Source of the DNA: Candidatus Eiseniibacteriota bacterium
GTDB lineage: Bacteria > Eisenbacteria > RBG-16-71-46
DNA length: 64,000 nt
Assembly: GCA_963717505.1 (NCBI GenBank)
Contig: OY970342.1
Span: 2,624,001 to 2,688,000, forward strand
Direction of reading: 5' to 3'
In this document: positions 60,566 to 64,000 of the stretch, in pieces
How the letters are laid out: each line of letters starts with the position of its first letter
Position numbering within the stretch: the first letter of the stretch is position 1
Program-made: the position numbers and the translations under genes
Notes under the pieces: model-generated
What the model saw: the letters and a program-made list of their open reading frames with translations, nothing else
Database searches by the model: none
What the model was told of the DNA's origin: nothing

Positions 60566-62715
60566 TTCGGGTCTGGGACGCGACCGAGCCGATCGACCCC
60601 GAGTTCGAAGGGGACTGGCGCCAGCGCGTCGGATCGAGTCCCCACGCGCATTTTGGCTTCGACCCGCGCTGGATCGCGAGTCGTCCCGCTCAGGGCGAGC
60701 CCACCACCGTCGTGCTCGCCGAGCGCGATGGCCGGAGCGGCGCCCTGGTCCTGCGACGGGCCGGCAGCCGCCTCGAGTGCGGATGGCCGTGGCGCTCGCA
60801 CGTGGTGTGCGACGGAATGTCGGACGGTTCGACCGGCGTCGATCAAGAGACCGCGCATTGGGCATTCTCGATCGCGACCCGGGTCGCCGGCATGCGTCGA
60901 TTGCGGATGTTCCTGCCCGTGGCGCCTCCGTTCGGAACGTCCTCCTTTGCGGTGGGCGCCACATGCATCCACGACCTCTCGGGGTCCGAGGACGAGCTGC
61001 TGGCGGCGATGGACCCGGCGAAGCAGCGCGCCCTGCGCAAAGCCGAGCGCCTCGGCTACGGGGTTCGCGAACCGCGGGACTGGGAGGATCTCCACGCGTT
61101 CGCGGCGCTCCAGCGAGTGACCGAGGCGCGCCGCCGTTCGGACGCAGTCGAGCCGCCGCGGACGCCCGGTCCGGGAGAAGCCTGGCGCGAGTGGGAACTC
61201 CCGTGGATGCGGCTGCTGGTGGCGGAGCGCAACGGCGTGATCGAGGGCGGATCGGGGTTCGGCGTGTTCGAAGGCGCGACCATGGACTATCGCGCCAACG
61301 CATCGAGCGATGAAGGTCGGCGCGACGGCGTAAACGTGTTGCTGGCATGGGAGGCGATCCGTTGGGCGCGGTCGCGCGGGTTCCGACGGATCAATTGGTG
61401 CGGCACCACACGCTTCAAGCAGGAGCTGGGTGCGGCGCCGATCCCGATGACGTGCTGGCTGGGGGGCGGACTCCAGTGGTCGCTGCCCAATCTCCTGGTC
61501 GCAGGCCACCACCGGGCCAAGGACCAGGCCGCGGCGGTCTGGGGGCAGCCTCGAACGCGGCGCGTGAAGAAGACCCATCCCGCGGTCGAGCCCGCCGACC
61601 CTGGGATCGCGTCTCCCGAGAGCCCCGAGGCCCGGTCCGCGACCCAAGAGCCCGCCGTCGCAGCGCGTGCGAGTTCCGAGACTCCGGGAGTGCTCGCAGC
61701 GTGGTCGACGCGCGAAGCGGCGCGGCCCGAGTTCGACGAAGCGTGGAATCGTGTGCTCCAGCGCTGCGCGCGCGCCAACTTCTCACTCGACCTCGACTAC
61801 CTGCGCTGGGATGCGCGCCAGGGTCTGCACTCGCGTGCCGTGTTGTTCGAACACGGGGGCCTGCGCGCGGTCGCCGTGTTGCGCGAGCGCCAGGGGGAAT
61901 TCGTCTGTGGCTGGCCGTGGCGCTGGCAGGCGGCGTTCGAGGACGAGCCGGGGCGGGCTCCGGTTCTCGGCTTCGATCGCGCGGAGTCGCAGAGTCTGTT
62001 CGCAGCGCTCCACCGCTTCGCCGCGGGTCGGCGCCTGCGTTGCTACCTGCCGTTGGCGCCGGCCGATGGCACGCACGCCTACGTCGCCGGCTCGACCGTC
62101 GTCCAGTCGCTCGAGCACTCGGATGAAGAGCTGCTGAACGCCATGCAGGAGTCCAAGCGACGCATGGTCCGCCGATCCGTGGCGGCCGGCTATCGTATCG
62201 AGGACGGCGATTCGCCCGAGCACCAGCGTGCCTTCGCCACCATCCAGAACGAGGCGATCGCGCGCCGCGGCGACGTGCCGTCCTCGCTCGCCGACCATCC
62301 GGCCTTCGGCGAAGCCTGGCGGGAATGGGAATTGCCGTGGATGTGGTTGCTGGTCGCGGTGCGCGAGGGAGAAGTCGAGTCCGGTCTCGGCGACGGCGTT
62401 CGGGCCGGCGGCGTCCTCGAGGGTCGGGCCGGCGCCAGCACGCTGCGCGCGCGCAAGGACGGCGCCTTCGCACTCGTGTGCTACGAAGAGCTGAGGCGTG
62501 GACGAGACCGCGGGCATCGCTGGCTCAACCACGGCGGCGACACGCCGTTCAAGCACGAGGTGGCCGGCCGGCTGGGCCGGATCATTCCGCTGCACTGCTG
62601 GCTGGGAGGTGGTTCGGCCTGGTCGTTCGCCAATGCTTCGGAATCGTGGGCGCGGCGCGTGAGCCCACGTTTGGCCACCTGGGCCCGCACGCTGTTCACG
62701 CGCGAAGCCGCGTGA
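60562..62715 (+). CDS. Tandem FemAB-like/GNAT-domain protein
   Basis: GTG overlaps the GT stop. Two homologous halves, each with CGWPWR, S-DELL-AM…K, GEAWREWELPWM-LLVA, FKQE/FKHE and CWLGGG-W. Confidence 0.75.
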   Translation: MIRVWDATEPIDPEFEGDWRQRVGSSPHAHFGFDPRWIASRPAQGEPTTVVLAERDGRSGALVLRRAGSRLECGWPWRSHVVCDGMSDGSTGVDQETAHWAFSIATRVAGMRRLRMFLPVAPPFGTSSFAVGATCIHDLSGSEDELLAAMDPAKQRALRKAERLGYGVREPRDWEDLHAFAALQRVTEARRRSDAVEPPRTPGPGEAWREWELPWMRLLVAERNGVIEGGSGFGVFEGATMDYRANASSDEGRRDGVNVLLAWEAIRWARSRGFRRINWCGTTRFKQELGAAPIPMTCWLGGGLQWSLPNLLVAGHHRAKDQAAAVWGQPRTRRVKKTHPAVEPADPGIASPESPEARSATQEPAVAARASSETPGVLAAWSTREAARPEFDEAWNRVLQRCARANFSLDLDYLRWDARQGLHSRAVLFEHGGLRAVAVLRERQGEFVCGWPWRWQAAFEDEPGRAPVLGFDRAESQSLFAALHRFAAGRRLRCYLPLAPADGTHAYVAGSTVVQSLEHSDEELLNAMQESKRRMVRRSVAAGYRIEDGDSPEHQRAFATIQNEAIARRGDVPSSLADHPAFGEAWREWELPWMWLLVAVREGEVESGLGDGVRAGGVLEGRAGASTLRARKDGAFALVCYEELRRGRDRGHRWLNHGGDTPFKHEVAGRLGRIIPLHCWLGGGSAWSFANASESWARRVSPRLATWARTLFTREAA

Positions 62716-62754
62716 GCGCTTGAAAACCTAGCCCGGACGCCGCAGGCTGCCCCC

Positions 62755-64000
62755 GTGGAACGTTGGACCAATCCCGCTCAGATGAGTCTGGTGCTCGCGA
62801 GCGCGCTGCTCGTGGGCGTGATCGGACTTCTGGCGCTGCTCCGGCGCGGCCATTGGCTCACGACGCTGGCGTTCTCGTCGGCCTTTCTCGCGATCGCGGC
62901 CTTCCAGGCGGGGACGCTGGCCATCCTGCTCGCGGACTCCGAGTCGGGGGCGCGCGCCTGGGCGGTCTATCTGGCGCGCAGCTCGGCGCTGGCCTCGTGG
63001 CTCTGGCTCTGCCTCAGCGTCGTGCTCGGCCGCGGCGATCCCTGGGTCGAAGTCAAGAACTCGGCGGCGTTCCTGGCGGTCGGGCTGGCCGGGTGTCTGG
63101 CCATGAGCCTGGTGGCCGCCTCGCCCCAGGTCGTGCGTGGAGTCCAGGGAACCGGCGGTGCGGCGGTGATCGAGCTCGGCACCATGGGCAAGATCTACCT
63201 GACCTACGTCGTCCTGGTCATGGTCGCCGTGCTCATGAATATCGAGCGAACGTTGCGCATGGCGACCGCCACCGGCCAGCGGCGACTGCGCCCGATGTTC
63301 CTCGCGGTCCTGGTCGGCGTGCTGACCCAGCTGCTCATCGTCTCCGCCGGCCTGCTGTACGGCGGACTCCAGGTCGGCTGGATGTCGGCGGCGGCTGCAC
63401 CGATGTTCGTCGCCGGTGTGGTCACCGCGATGGGGCTGGCGCGCTGGCGCCTGACCGACCTCAACGTGCCGGTCGCCCGCCCGGTGATCTACTACTCGAC
63501 GGTATCGCTGACGCTGGCGGCGGCCTTCCTGCTGACCATGGCGATCCTGTCGCGCGTCCTGCCGCTGCTGCCGCCGGGCGGCCGGCAGATTGCGAGCCTC
63601 GGTTTCTACGTTCTGGCGGGCGGCGGCGGATTGATCCTGCTGTTCAGCCCGCGCGCGAGCCGCGTCGTGCGCCGATTCGTCGACCGGAACTTCTACGCGA
63701 ACCGTTACGACTACCGCAGGGAATGGGAGCGGGTCAGCTCGTCGATCACCCCGACCGCGCGCCCGGAAGACATCGGCCGGCAGATCGAATCGCTGTGCCG
63801 CATGGTGTTCGATGCCGATCGCGTCGCCGTCTACTTGCTCGATGCGGGCGGCAGGAACTTCCGCCGCCTGGCCGGGCCGTCGGGCATGCCGCCCGCGATC
63901 GCGATGGCGAATCCGTTGGTGCGTCACCTCGAGCAGAACGCGGAACCGGTCGTGTTCCAGGAGGTGGCGCGCGATCTGGACCTGGTGCCTCTGGTCGCCG
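62755..64000 (+). CDS. prsK: PrsK-like (PEP-CTERM/exosortase system) sensor histidine kinase, N-terminal part (3' truncated)
   Basis: Not in the ORF track because it runs off the window. Multi-TM N-terminus with MNIERTLR and the signature RRFVDRNFYANRYDYRREW, followed by a GAF-like region. Confidence 0.72.
   Translation, partial: MERWTNPAQMSLVLASALLVGVIGLLALLRRGHWLTTLAFSSAFLAIAAFQAGTLAILLADSESGARAWAVYLARSSALASWLWLCLSVVLGRGDPWVEVKNSAAFLAVGLAGCLAMSLVAASPQVVRGVQGTGGAAVIELGTMGKIYLTYVVLVMVAVLMNIERTLRMATATGQRRLRPMFLAVLVGVLTQLLIVSAGLLYGGLQVGWMSAAAAPMFVAGVVTAMGLARWRLTDLNVPVARPVIYYSTVSLTLAAAFLLTMAILSRVLPLLPPGGRQIASLGFYVLAGGGGLILLFSPRASRVVRRFVDRNFYANRYDYRREWERVSSSITPTARPEDIGRQIESLCRMVFDADRVAVYLLDAGGRNFRRLAGPSGMPPAIAMANPLVRHLEQNAEPVVFQEVARDLDLVPLVA

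Overview
GC-rich bacterial window. The gene content (FlgD/T9SS-type C-terminal domains, C25 gingipain-like protease, GWxTD protein, TWGxxKxxYR tail) suggests an FCB-superphylum candidate lineage such as Eisenbacteria; this is an inference. Contents in order: (1) 3' end of a TonB-dependent receptor and a MalK-type ATPase. (2) A ~14.5 kb accessory block with a PorV-like barrel, a membrane Ser/Thr kinase-DUF4384, an ECF sigma, two exported TPR-CHAT proteases, a secreted TWG-tail protein and a 12-kelch protein. (3) An RND pump and an FTR1/DUF2318-FtsX-ABC metal-uptake operon whose ATPase carries a DtxR-like domain. (4) GWxTD protein, suhB, UvrD-nuclease, a family 5 solute-binding protein and a C25 protease. 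(5) gltX, tRNA-Gln and tRNA-Glu; tRNA-Glu has a 33-bp internal tandem duplication and is followed by integrase-less islets bounded by tRNA 3'-end remnants. (6) Start of an EPS/PEP-CTERM-type locus. The best novel-system candidate is the CHAT-CHAT-ECF-kinase operon: the same RGIGG motif occurs in both proteases and in the kinase's extracytoplasmic tail, suggesting a periplasmic caspase-like proteolytic cascade that signals to a sigma factor. Several conserved genes (RND, suhB, UvrD, gltX) are frameshifted, most likely from sequencing or consensus error. All family assignments come from motif recognition by eye; no searches were run.
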